A stretch of 64,000 bases of DNA from assembly GCA_030265395.1 (NCBI GenBank), contig JARFYF010000055.1:29788015-29852014 (forward strand), read 5' to 3'. A model generated the notes under the pieces. That model did no database searches. It was not told where the DNA came from and saw only the letters and a list, made by a program, of their open reading frames with translations. The DNA comes from Rhina ancylostomus (Eukaryota). Shown one piece after another: positions 27,959-40,113 of the stretch (within the stretch, counting starts at the first letter, position 1; each line of letters starts with the position of its first letter). The position numbers and the translations under genes are program-made.

Positions 27959-29501
27959 GTAAACAGACATACAATTTGAGATATGACATATCTATGTAAT
28001 CAATAGGGATTTATTTATAAAATAGAATAAAAATGCTTCATAATACATTATTCAATTACACATGTATTAAGATGTCCTAAAAATTGTTCCCTTGTAAACA
28101 TACATATTACACCATGCACTTAACTCTTCCTTTACTTTCTCCACAATACCAAAACACTTGGCTTGAAAACTCCTATGAGTTGAAGTTAGGATGAGGAACT
28201 GAATCCACAAGATACCTTTCCTCCCACAACACCACCATAAATCCTGCCACTTCCAGGGTTGTGTGTCTAGCCACAATGTGCAGGTTGCACCATAATGCAA
28301 TGTCATTGAGGAAACAACATCATCCACTTTCTCAATCAGGCCCTTAGCTCTGTTGCAAACAAAAGTGCATCCATAACTTTGGTGTTGGCACTGAGTATTT
28401 CTAAGGAGGAAGAGAGGCTGAGAAATTTAAAAGTTCAAACAACTGTTTTGATGGGAGTAACAGATTGTATTATAAAGACTGGCAGCATGAAGATACTAAA
28501 CCTTAAAGGGTCTTCATGCTGCAGCACGCAAAACCAATCTCTCCACTCTGCTGGGTACTCCAGTGCACCATTAACAGTGCCACAGATTTTGAATGAGAAA
28601 GTCACTGGGAAGGAGCGTCCCATACTACCCCCATTAGTACTTTCAGGACCTATGATTCCATACCACCTCTCAAGATGTGTAGCTTGTATTCTGTGAGGTG
28701 TCTTCCTACTTTACTGTTCCATCACATTCTGAAGAATAGAATATACTTCTCAAAGGACTGTGGNNNNNNNNNNNNNNNNNNNNNNNNNNNNNNNNNNNNN
28801 NNNNNNNNNNNNNNNNNNNNNNNNNNNNNNNNNNNNNNNNNNNNNNNNNNNNNNNNNNNNNNNNNNNNNNNNNNNNNNNNNNNNNNNNNNNNNNNNNNNN
28901 NNNNNNNNNNNNNNNNNNNNNNNNNNNNNNNNNNNNNNNNNNNNNNNNNNNNNNNNNNNNNNNNNNNNNNNNNNNNNNNNNNNNNNNNNNNNNNNNNNNN
29001 NNNNNNNNNNNNNNNNNNNNNNNNNNNNNNNNNNNNNNNNNNNNNNNNNNNNNNNNNNNNNNNNNNNNNNNNNNNNNNNNNNNNNNNNNNNNNNNNNNNN
29101 NNNNNNNNNNNNNNNNNNNNNNNNNNNNNNNNNNNNNNNNNNNNNNNNNNNNNNNNNNNNNNNNNNNNNNNNNNNNNNNNNNNNNNNNNNNNNNNNNNNN
29201 NNNNNNNNNNNNNNNNNNNNNNNNNNNNNNNNNNNNNNNNNNNNNNNNNNNNNNNNNNNNNNNNNNNNNNNNNNNNNCCCCCCATAGTGAGGGCAGCAGA
29301 TTTTCTACCCCACTCATCAATCATTTTAATTTTTAATTATAATCCAAGAACTTCATCATCACTTTTAACTGATAACAGCTTTTTTTTTTCTTTTTTTAAA
29401 ATACAATTTTGGCAAGAATGTGTTATCTGTGGCAAACCCTAAATGCTTCCTGTTGAGGTCTGTACAGGCTTCGAAAGGCTGAGAGAGAGAGCCCAAATTA
29501 C

Positions 29502-29620
29502 CTTGAACCAAGTCTTGATCCATCTGTTCTGTCATTCTGTTCCAGGATTGTGGGAGAGCTTGAATATTTGGCAGATTATCATAGCTGATATTCTGAAGTA
29601 AAATTTTCTTGGCAAGATAC
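29502..29620 (-). CDS. C1orf109: C1orf109/AIRIM third coding exon (YLAKKILLQNISYDNLPNIQALPQSWNRMTEQMDQDLVQ)
   Basis: Manual translation matches the recalled human YLKRKYLL...NIQALPKAWDRI...QDLVQ. Acceptor caag| and donor G|gtaatt. Not in the ORF track. Confidence 0.9.
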
Positions 29621-30765
29621 CTTGCATGATTGTTAATGAAAATAGTATGATAATGTAACTAATAGTTTAAGAACCAGATGAATCTTTCAATCACTACCTT
29701 GATCTTCCATAACCAACAACTTGCACTTACTTTTCAGCTTCGGCATCACAATACATCACAAGGAACCAATAAAAGGCAGACATCAGGCCTGAGCGGTGTG
29801 GATAATTAAGACAGATGATTGTTTGGCTAAGAGAGTGGAAATCAAAAAGCTGCAGATGTTGGAAATCTGAAATAAAATCAGAAACACCCAGTGAAAAGAT
29901 GCTGCCTGATCTGTTGAATTTTCCAGCATTTTCTGTTTTGGGTGAGAAAGTGCTCGGCTGGGAGTGCAAAGATAAATACACAGGGACATGAACAGGCAAA
30001 GAGGTGAATTTGAGGGGGGTGCTGCTTGATAAAACAAGTTGCAGTGGCCTGAAAATGCATTTGGGGAGTACAATGATCCCCATTATCACTGGTATACTCT
30101 CATGGTTTACTACGGGCTTGCCTAATGACCCCATCGGGGATTAGGGGTGAGAGGAATCCCCAAACTACATTGGACAGTTGTCGTCTCTGGACTGTGCTCA
30201 CTGACAGTATTAGCAGTGACTTGATCAATGATAGGCCTGTAAAGAAAATTCTATCCAGAAGTGGGATAAAATGCCAACTGAAAGCTCTGGCTCGAATATA
30301 GCAAAGATGGAAAAAACATGTAAAACAGACTTTAAAAAATAACCTAAGCCGTCATAGGAAGTTATAGATACAGGCAGAAAGGATGCCAGGATAGCACAAG
30401 AGTTCCTCTCATTCGGGAAATCTCCTAGAATGGAAGATCACTCACACATTGCAGCCAGCAGCCCAGGACAAAGGTAATATGTCTCCAGGGTTAATCCCTG
30501 TCTTCCTATTTCTATCTTGGGAGAGGAGCAACTGGCTTGAAACTATTCCCTTCTCCACCATTAAACACATCCACTGCATTTTACCACCTACAGCCCTCAT
30601 TCTAATCATCCAGTCATCAAGGCTCCTCAGTTAGGCTACCAGCCCTTCCATTTCAAGAAATAGCCTGGAATTTACAGACAGCTGGTCCCAGAGAAATTAT
30701 GGCATATAGAACGACAGCAGCCATGAAGAAAGCCCTTTAAGAAAAGGGGCCGTGGAAAAGGATAC
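29621..30765 (-). other. U12-type (minor spliceosome) GT-AG intron of C1orf109
   Basis: 5' site GTATCCTTTTCC. Branch-like TTCATTAAC at 29640-29632 sits about 11 nt from the 3' splice junction, with no polypyrimidine tract. Confidence 0.88.
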
Positions 30766-30945
30766 TGGTTTTTGTAAAACCACTCAACATCTTGAAGCCA
30801 TTCCAGCATATCTGCCACAGAAGGATTGAGACTTGATCGCTCAAGGACTGCAGTCAAACCAATGGTGTCAGCATGTAGTTCGTACATTTGGAAGCAAGTC
30901 AACACTTGGTTACTCGTTGTGTCCCGCACCCTTTTCAAAACATTC
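30766..30945 (-). CDS. C1orf109: C1orf109/AIRIM second coding exon (NVLKRVRDTTSNQVLTCFQMYELHADTIGLTAVLERSSLNPSVADMLEWLQDVEWFYKNQ)
   Basis: Conserved PSVADMLEWLQD motif. Acceptor tttaag| and 180-nt length keep phase 2. Donor is GTATCCTTTT. Confidence 0.93.
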
Positions 30946-32363
30946 CTTAAAAGATGGGAGCAAAGCACAATGAGTTGATTAATTATCATCCCTGTTAAAG
31001 CCTTCTGGACAATGCAGTTTTTACAAGCAGTCCTTCTCCACTCTCCCTTCACTAGAAATGAGCTGATTCCGCATCACCAGAAATTCAGTTCAATATCCAG
31101 AAATTACTCAAAATCAAACATTTACAGGTCAACTTTAGCACTGTGTTCATGCATTGCGAAATAAATTAATCTCGCAGTTCCAAAGACTTGTCAGATTATA
31201 CGTTGAAGCCTCACTAAGTACATGAGCAAGAGCTGCATCAAAACTCCAAGGTCATACCGTATTATATGTGTCTTAGCTCAGATGTTTAACTGACTCTGAA
31301 GGAACTTTCCCAGTATTCAGGCAGGCCCATAAATGTCTTTCAACTACCAAAAACAGATTAACAGGTTAACAAACAATTTGCTATTTATGGATTTTCTATT
31401 GGCGTTTTTTTTTGTTTCTACACACTAATCCTCTGAACGACACTGGTCATCCATCAGAAAATACCTTAAGCAAATATTATTCCAAAATGGAACTAAAGTT
31501 AATAGCTTCACCTTTTAGATTAAGTCAGATGCAACAAGCCAAGTGCAAGTTTACAGTAACTATGACACTTGAACCAGAGGACAGAGGCTTTCAAGAACTC
31601 TTTGGACTATTAACCCAAGTTCAACAATATCTGGGGAACTGAAATATCTCCAGATTTTCATAAATGATAAATGAAAAACAAGATCAAGTCTTTGAAGGGA
31701 AAGATAGTAATAAAAGTAAAACTAATTTGAGAATGTTCCCCCAGGAGATAACTGCTTTGTGATCAAAACTCTCTTTATAGTGTAGTCAACTAGGCCTTTG
31801 TTTATTTACATCAAGAATGCTAATCGGATTACGCTTGCTTGGAGGGTCTTGCATAGGGACTAAAAGAAGTAGCTTTTTCAGCTGGCTACTCTGCAGAGTC
31901 TCCTGAATGGGGCCTGTTATCCACAAATAAGCAGCCTCAGGTGAGGTGATAAAGCTTGAAGTGGAGGTTTCTGCAGCTGGGATTTAGGCAGGCATCTGCC
32001 ATGAAGTAGAAGTAGCTTTATTCTGCACTCAACCTGTTGCAAATGACCAGGGACTATTCACTTCCAAAAATACCCCAAATGGAAGATATTCTATTTCTCT
32101 AAAACAAACATAACACTTGTATGAGCACAAAATTCAATGAGGATACTGTAATTTGCTCATCTTCTCCAGACACTGGAGTCCAGTAACTCACTCTAAGTCA
32201 GTTGTCAGGCACAAGATATCAATGTTCTTCATCAGATTAATTACTTTTTTCTTTGCTTAGTAGTTTTAGTCTAATTTCAACATTACACAACAGAATAGCT
32301 GGACAAATAAACACTCCAACACTGCACTTTAGGCTTCATTATCAATAGTTAATTTAAGCATAC

Positions 32364-32635
32364 ATTTTTTCTCCAAGTTTTTCCAAATTGATGTCCATTG
32401 CTTGGGTAAGTTTATACTTCAGGCGGTGTTTCAGATCAGGAAATTCTCGAAAGGGAGTATTCTTAAAGTCAACGTTGTTGCATGCCTGGAGTTGCTCTGC
32501 CAGGTTACTCAACGAGCTCAGGAGTGGACTGCATTCCAACAGTGTACTGTCCCACAAACTTTGTTGCTTCTCAATGGCCTGGAAGCATTTCTCCAGGGCT
32601 TGATGAACAGCCAGCAATGCTTGTTTCTGAGCCAT
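32364..32635 (-). CDS. C1orf109: C1orf109/AIRIM first coding exon (MAQKQALLAVHQALEKCF...LEKLGEKM); exon starts at 32654 with 19 nt of UTR
   Basis: Translation matches the recalled human C1orf109 N-terminus (LLAVQEALKKCF..., LLSSLSNLAEQLQA, FPDLK). Acceptor tttag| at 32655-32656 and donor AT|gtatgc at 32363 (phase 2). Confidence 0.93.
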
Positions 32636-35600
32636 TAATTTCTTTTATGGAAACCTAAACAGAGAATGGCACAGTAATAAATCCAACCAACAAAGACAAA
32701 CATCCTGGAAAATAAAAACTGTAAAGAAAATGCTCAATTATCCCAATAATGTGAAAAATGCTTGTCTATTATATTGAATGGCACGATAGTTAAATAAAAA
32801 GCTGGTCATTTTTCATTTGTGGGAAAGGGCATAAATGAATTGAAAGTGCTTCTACACTCAGTCCTTATGCTGTTATTTAGCTACCCATTACCAATTAAAT
32901 CATATGAAGTCTTAATTGAATTAATTAAATCCACAATTCTCTAAGAGATTTATGCAAATTTAGCATTAAAAATGCTATACTCCAAAACACACCACAGCAG
33001 TGGCTGTATTAGTAAAGTACTTGATTGGCAATGAAGCATGTTAGGGGCAGGCTGAGGTCATGAAGCTACTATTTAAATGTAAACTCTTTCCTTTGAATCA
33101 TTAATAGCAATTCAGACAAAGATAAAACAGCAGATTCCATTTATGTTGTTGAAGTATTGAAAGTCAAAATTAAATTAAGTAGTCTTCATCAATTTTAGGA
33201 TAAATGCTTGGCATTAGTTCAGTGCAAAACTACTTTTGTGATTTGTCATTCAAATCTAGATGTTGATGTACTCCCATTTCTACTATTCCTCATATCTATT
33301 ATATGATGCACTGGCAATAATTTGTTCTCTTTACCATTAACCAAATAACAATCATATTTGCACTACACCATGCAAAATATGGATCTAGATTATGCATTTC
33401 AATGTATAGATTATGCATTTCAATGTTTCATCACTGGCAGTAAGCACTCAAAGTAATGAGCCACACATGCAACTGTTCACCCTTTACAGTTCTTCAAGTA
33501 CACATACCCAAAGATTAATTACAATTGGTTGAGAACATTGAGAAATGTACAAGGTAAATGCATGGAAAGGTACAGTAACACACCAAGTAATTTCTTTGGC
33601 TTGATACTTTCTGGTGAGATAATAAGATGGGTATGAATTAGAACAGATTGGCTTTTATTTCTCTTATAGCCAGGAGGGCTGTGTTGCTTAAATGGAAGGA
33701 AGTCATTCTGCCTACTCATGCTCAATGGTAACAGGATGTTATGTCATATCTATATTTAGAGAAGATCCACTGTTCAATTTCTGAATCTAACTTAGACTTT
33801 CAAATGCTGTGGGGACCTTTTTTGAATAATTTTCAAAACACTTGATTTTGCGGCTAAAATACAGATATTGGCTGATATTGCCATGTGTCAAGGGTTTTTC
33901 CTTGTCCTTTTTCTTTATTAAACAGCTTCGGTCTTGGTAGTGGGTTTAGATTTTTTAATAATAAAATTATTCCAATTTATTTGTTATTAATGAATTATCA
34001 TGTATGATTATTAATATAGAGTATTGTGATTTCAAGTATGGTTTAACACAATACATTTACCTTTTTGATTCATGTATTCTATATTTTCTTTGTGGAATTA
34101 ATAAAAATATTGTAAAAAGTAAAAAGAAAAAAAATCTTATCAGGAATTACATCATAGGTTTCCAAATTACAGTCTCAGGGATCTTCAGACCTTTGTATTT
34201 CTTTTCATATTTTCTCCTTCTTCCTTCTCAGGCAGTCCCTCAGGATCATGGATGACTTGCTTCCACTGGCTTTGTGGGTTCTGTATTGGCTGATGACACT
34301 AACGTGGGATCTATGGACATTTCTATAGAACAAATGAGAGGAGGTTGNNNNNNNNNNNNNNNNNNNNNNNNNNNNNNNNNNNNNNNNNNNNNNNNNNNNN
34401 NNNNNNNNNNNNNNNNNNNNNNNNNNNNNNNNNNNNNNNNNNNNNNNAAAAGGTAGAAAGATATCTAAGGGACTATAGACTACTTAATGTCAGTGAGGAT
34501 ATTTAATGGAAACTTTAATATGCAATAGGGAAACAATTAGATATCTGAAAATTTAATAGCAAGCTTAGATCTCATATGAAGATTATGCTTCAAAGTAATG
34601 GAATGAGCAACCAAGAACAAAATGACAAATACTGATTAATCAAATTGGCTCAGTATTTAACACAGGTGGACATGAATTAGAAGAGGTTAAAAAGATACAA
34701 ACTGTAGTTAAGATAGAAAATTGATGAAAATAAAACAAAGTTAGACAGTAAAGCTCCTACACCGACTGAAATTTATTTGCATGTAGTAAAATGACTACTG
34801 GACAAATTATTACATACATCAAAAAAAGTAGTGCTGGGAATGGAGTTCAAGCTTATTAGCTGTAATTTATTGGAAATTTTCATTAAAAAATTGCAACAAT
34901 TTGCTGGTTAGTAAACTTGTGACTAAAGTCAAGTGTGTTTACTATCAGTGCATTAGGATAGCTTGTTAACTGCAGCACAAAACAGTAACGGTTATGTATA
35001 GTTACAGTGACTATCAAGAGGAAAGTCATGTTTAACAAGGAATGGCCTGGGACTATTGTTCTTCAAATAAACAATTTGGATCAGGAATTGGAGTGATAAC
35101 ATCAAATAGTAAATAATGAGGTAATCCGGAAACAAATGTAACATGTAGATTTAATTAGTATGTGAATTTCAATAGAGTTAAGTGCAAGATCACATTTTGA
35201 TAGAAATATTAAGGACAACATACATTGAATAATACTTCTGCATAAAGTTAAAGAGCCAAGGGATCTTGGGGCTCAGATACAGAAATCACTAAGTATTGCA
35301 AGAGATTAATAAAGCTATTAAAAGGATTCATTGTCACAGGATAGAACTGAAAAGCAGAGAGTATGCTAAAGATTATTAAATCTTTGTTAGACCATTGGTG
35401 TTGCCTGGCTCTGGCCTCCAGATTATAGAAAATAAATATGAAAACTAAGGAGAAAATGGAGAAAAAAAATTCCAACATTTTTGTTATTTTAGATTTGCAT
35501 ATTTGGGATTTCAACTTGTCTTACATTCACTCCAAAACCAGGGCCATTCCAACCTGCATAGAGCAGTTTGTTTATGGAGACGATGCTGGCATTTGAACAC

Positions 35601-36278
35601 ACTTCTAACCGCCCTCATGTCACAACTGTTATGATTAAAGGACTAGGTTCTCCCTCCCAAACTGCCCCCATTAACTCATCTACCAAAAAACTTTGTTTAG
35701 TTAATCTATTGGGCAACCACTACCTCACTCTCTCACAGATTTTTTATCATCCTATCCTTCCCTCCCCCTCCCTGTAACACAAGCAAATTTGTTTATTCAG
35801 TTTACCAATTCTGACAAAGTGTCACACACCTGAAACTTTGCTTCTCTTCCCCACAGATGCTGCATGACCTCAAAGTAGTTCAAAGTAGTTTGAACTTATA
35901 TTACTGGTTCTAGAATATTTACCACCAAAGTTAAAGTAGCTGAAGGACAATTAGAGATGAGCACTAACTGCTGGACTACATGCCAAACCTTCTGTCCATG
36001 CACCAAAACCCACTCTGCACCGCAGTGTCCACATCATAGAGATAGAGCATGGGAACAAACAGGCACTTCAGCCAACCAAGTCCATGCCGAGTATCAATCA
36101 TCCACTTACACTAATTCCATATTTTATCTGCCCACCTTTCCCCCAGATTCTAAAACTCATTTACAAACTAGGGACAATTCACCGTGTCTAATTAACCTCC
36201 AAGCTAGGACATGGGAGTGAACTTGGACAACCAGAGGAAACCCACACAGCCACAGGGAGAACCTCATCCTCCATACAG

Positions 36279-36460
36279 ACAGGAGACACAAGGAATTCTG
36301 CAGATGCTGGAATCTGGAGCAAAATACAAGTGCTGGAGGAACTCAGCAGGTCGGGCAGTATCTACAGAGGGAAACAAACAGTCGACGTTTCGGGCTGAGA
36401 CCCCTCATCAGGACTGGAAAGGAAGGGGGCAGAAGCCAGAATAAGGTAGTGGTGGGAGGG
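36279..36460 (-). mobile_element. Short retroelement tail carrying the hammerhead (Penelope-like repeat family)
   Basis: Closely similar to the inverted copy at about 320-485 (ctgcagatgctggaatctggagcaa...gaaaggaag). Confidence 0.7.
36379..36416 (-). ncRNA. Minimal type I hammerhead ribozyme motif with intact core
   Basis: Minus strand reads CAGUC-CUGAUGA-GGGGUCUCAGCCC-GAAAC-GUC-GACUG: stem I CAGUC/GACUG, catalytic core, stem II GGG/CCC, palindromic ACGU stem III, GUC cleavage triplet. Confidence 0.8.
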
Positions 36461-36724
36461 GAGAAGCACACACAGGCGTGGGGAAGGGGAGGAGAGGCAG
36501 CCGGCGAGGGCCAGGGAGGGGGGGAAGAAGAATGACGGGGATCGGCCCTGAGGCAGCTGCTCCACCTCGTCCCTGCCCACCTCGCCGCACCGACAGCGGG
36601 CCTCCAGGCCCAGGGCATCACCGCGGGCGCTCACCAGTAGTCGAGACTTAACTTCCGCAGCCAGTAATACACAGCGCTGCCTGGACCAACCGACAACAGA
36701 CCGCTCGGCCCACACCACACGTAC

Positions 36725-36790
36725 CTGCTCCGCATCCCGCCGGCGTCATGGCATCCCAAGTAAACAGCGCCTGCGCAGTACCCACACGTG
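36725..36790 (-). other. C1orf109: Probable non-coding first exon of C1orf109
   Basis: Lies in a CpG-rich island next to promoter motifs. Strong donor CAG|GTACGT at 36724. The TSS is not defined. Confidence 0.55.
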
Positions 36791-36810
36791 GACTACAACT
36801 CCCATCGTGC
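36767..36810. promoter_or_regulatory. Housekeeping promoter core: NRF1-like GCGCCTGCGCA (36767-36777), E-box CACGTG (36785-36790), ZNF143/THAP11-type ACTACAACTCCCATCGTGC (36792-36810)
   Basis: Motifs read directly and clustered at the edge of a CpG island (about 36470-36810). Confidence 0.75.
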
Positions 36811-36927
36811 CTTGCCAAATTTAAAAAAACTAATTCATTTCTCTCAATTCAAAATTGTAATTCAAACTGAGAATCCATGTAGTAGTTATATATTAAATCA
36901 CATTCATTGCGTTTTTAACAAGAATGC

Positions 36928-37175
36928 TTCAAAATATTTCAGTGTTTGAAAACTTCCATTGGCTCCCGTGGGGTGAAAATGCCGCACTGTGATTGGAGAA
37001 TGGGCCCAGGGGGGGGTAATGCTGCAGTAACTGCTCTGTGATTGGCTATTTGACCGCCTAACTGCGCTTGGATTGGCTGCGGTTGGAAAAGACCGTGGTC
37101 TGATTGGTGCTGCTTCCCCTTCAGGTTTTGATTGGCTGATCTGCCGTATTGCTGTTTGACTTGTAATGGCGCGGT
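36928..37175. promoter_or_regulatory. CCAAT (NF-Y) array 1: six ATTGG boxes plus CHR-like TTCAAA/TTTGAA
   Basis: ATTGG at 36958, 36992, 37041, 37072, 37103 and 37131. TTCAAA at 36928 and TTTGAA at 36945. Confidence 0.7.
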
Positions 37176-38379
37176 ACGTCAGTGTGGCCTGGTGGCGGGT
37201 CCGGGCCGCGCTTTCTCCCACCACCACCACTCCACCCCCAACACAACCATACCCCCACCCCACTCACAACACACCCCCACCCCAACNNNNNNNNNNNNNN
37301 NNNNNNNNNNNNNNNNNNNNNNNNNNNNNNNNNNNNNNNNNNNNNNNNNNNNNNNNNNNNNNNNNNNNNNNNNNNNNNNNNNNNNNATTTTACTTATTAT
37401 CATAAGTAGTTATTAATAAAGTAGTTTTTTAACACTTATACATGACTTGGTGTGTTTCTTTTGCTGCTGGTTCGTAACAGGATAGGGGAAACATAGTAAG
37501 TGCTAATGTTGAGAGGACAGATGGGATCAGAGAAAAGGAAGAAGGGGAAGCAAGATGAGGAGGGTATTAAAATTCATATGTTCTTGAAGCTTGTAATTCT
37601 GGACACTTGAAAGCAAGGAATATAGTTTTCTTCTTAAAGGACTGGATGTGACAAAAGATGAAGTGAAAGTGTGGACCAGAACAGCTGTGAGAAAGGGTAA
37701 GCCATTGTTGCTGAGAGAGAGTGGGGCTGAAGAGCATCCATATGCCGACACATGGACCTCAGGGTGACAGGAATAATGAATATCTTGAGAACTGCAATCA
37801 CAGGTGGATCCAAAATATGAAGGGTGAAATTTCAATTAGAATCCACGTTGAAAAATTAAGTGCAATGAGGTGGGAGATCTGGTTGTGAAAGTAAATTTCA
37901 GTAGATACCTTATCAAAAAGAGGAAAGGCAACCGAAACACACGTCAATTAAAATGAGCAAGATAAAAGAGAGGAACAGAAGTCCAGTTGGAGAGATGCAG
38001 AACTTCTTCAAGGTGAGCATTCCTGGAAGAGCTGACTGAGTCAACTTGTTTGCAAAGAACAATTTCGCCACTCAGTTCACCAATCTGTGCCATGTATGCA
38101 GTGTTCAGTCCCCCCAGAAACCTGCACATGTGCAGAAGAACTCTGACACTTAATACAATATGGACACTGGTGACTCAGTAGACAATCTACTCCATTGTCC
38201 CTCAATATCAAAGTTATATGAACTGGGGACATCATTTGCTGGGGCACGTTCCTTCCCCAGCGGGGTAGAGGAGTGGGACTGTGCACAGAAGGGGTGTATA
38301 CTCACCCTGGGATGAGGACTGTCCAGTTGTAATCAAGTCATTGTGTGATACCTTTCATGAATTATCAGAGAGCTCAGGA

Positions 38380-39505
38380 AAATCCAGAGAGATGCCAGGT
38401 ATGAAGATCTTTAAATCCTGTTGCAAAATGGCATGTAAAATTTAGTGCAGAAAAGTGTGAAGTAGTAGAAAGAATAGTGAGAAACGAGAAGGAATTAAAG
38501 GTACTGTTCTGTTGGGTGTCCAGGACCGAAGGGCCCTTGATGTATGTGTGCATTAAGCCTTGAAAGCAATGGGTCATGTTGAGAGGAGACACAAGAGACT
38601 GCAGATGTTGGAATCTTTTCTCTCTCTGTCTGCCTCCATCTATCATTCAACTGTCACTGTCTCCCTACTCCACCCCTGCTCCCCTCCCCTACCTGGCACA
38701 ACCTGCCTGTCATCTTACACCTCTCCAGTCCACCCATCACCTCAGACTCCTTTCTCACTACTCCCCTTTACACTTGCCATCTCTCAACTGATGCAGGGTT
38801 TCGACCAGAAACATTGACAATTCCTTTCCTCCTACAGGTGCTGCTTGACCTGCTGAGTTTCTCCAGCAGATTGTTTGTTGAGAAATCACATGGGATCCTG
38901 AGATTCATAAGTAGAAACAAAGATCACAAAAATAGAAAGTTTATGTTAATCCTGTATAAAACGTTGGACAACAGCTACACCATAATATCCAATTTCTGGT
39001 CGTCTAACTTCAAGAAGGATCTAAAGTTCATATTCAGAGGGGAGAGAAAGGTGTAGCGGACTGTTGTAGGGTTGCAAAAAAAATAAAGCTTTTCTCAAAC
39101 AGTTCCAGCAACAAGGAATTTCAGCTAGGATTAGACTGAAGAACTTGGGATTGTTCTCCTTAGAGTAAAGAAGTTTCAGAGGAAATTTGATAAATAATGA
39201 AGATTAATTAGAGTAGATAGAAGAACTAAGTGATTTTCATTCACAGTGATTCAAGGATGCGTTGCCACAGATTTAAAATTTGGGACAAAGGACACAAGGT
39301 GGGTGTGAAGGAAAGATTTTCTCATGCAGAAATTGGTTATGGGAACATTGCCTGCAGAAACATCAATAGTATCTACAAAAGTAAATTGAACAGGCACTAA
39401 AGAGAGGATGATTTATAAGGTTATTAGAGCAGGGAAATGGGATTTCCCAACTGGGAGTCAGCACAGGGTCAACGGACTGAATGGCTTCCTTCTGTGCTGT
39501 TGTGA
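38380..39505 (+). mobile_element. Degenerate CR1 fragment
   Basis: CR1-like ORF2 C-terminal remnants and the tail atggcttccttctgtgctgt. Confidence 0.6.
38590..38880 (+). mobile_element. Penelope-like repeat copy with degenerate hammerhead, nested in a CR1 fragment
   Basis: ctgatgcagggtttcgaccagaaacattgac at about 38788-38818, followed by the family tail. CR1 sequence lies on both sides. Confidence 0.55.
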
Positions 39506-39511
39506 TTACAG

Positions 39512-40000
39512 TTCTTTTTCAAAAATAAACTTTATTCATAATAAAATATATTTACAAAAACAAAGAAAAATAGTGCAAACATTCTACATTCTTGGTGTCA
39601 TTTGTCATAGTCGTAGGGTTAACACTTTTTTTGAAACCATAGCACCATTGCCACTTACGTGACCACTGGGGCGATACAACCTTTCATTGTTTCAAGGCTT
39701 CCCCACTTGACTCAGCCCCTCCATGTCCAGTAGCGGAAGACTGTAGACTGTGGTGTTTCCCCATGGAGCCTCTGCGTTGCCTTCACCAAGCTTCAGTGCA
39801 TCCCTCATCATGCACGTCTGCAGCTGGGAACATGCCAGTCGGCAGCATTCCCTTATGGACAGCTCGCTGTGCTGGAAGACCAACAAGTTTTGGGCAGACC
39901 AGAGTGAGTCTTGCATCGAGTTGACTATCTTCCAGCAGCATCTGACATCTGTCTGTCTATGTGTCCCTGGGAACAATCTGTGCATCAGAGAGTCATGATT
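39512..40000 (-). mobile_element. L1/Tx1-like LINE 3' end
   Basis: ORF2 C-terminus-like LFPGTH...CCWKIVN...LWSAQNLLVFQ...W, plus AATAAA and an A-rich tail on the minus strand. Confidence 0.7.
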
Positions 40001-40113
40001 CCAATTTATTTTTTGCATGTTGCCTTTTTGTTTGATTATCACTTTGTCTTCAGGTTGCTAAACTTCATGCAGCAGAACAACTTCCTCTTGTTAACCTGCC
40101 CAGCCGAGCTATG

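Noticed and set aside
33387-33426. 21-bp tandem duplication (tagattatgcatttcaatgt x2) and a 10-bp duplication at 35871-35890
   Set aside because: Ordinary slippage duplications in intronic DNA.
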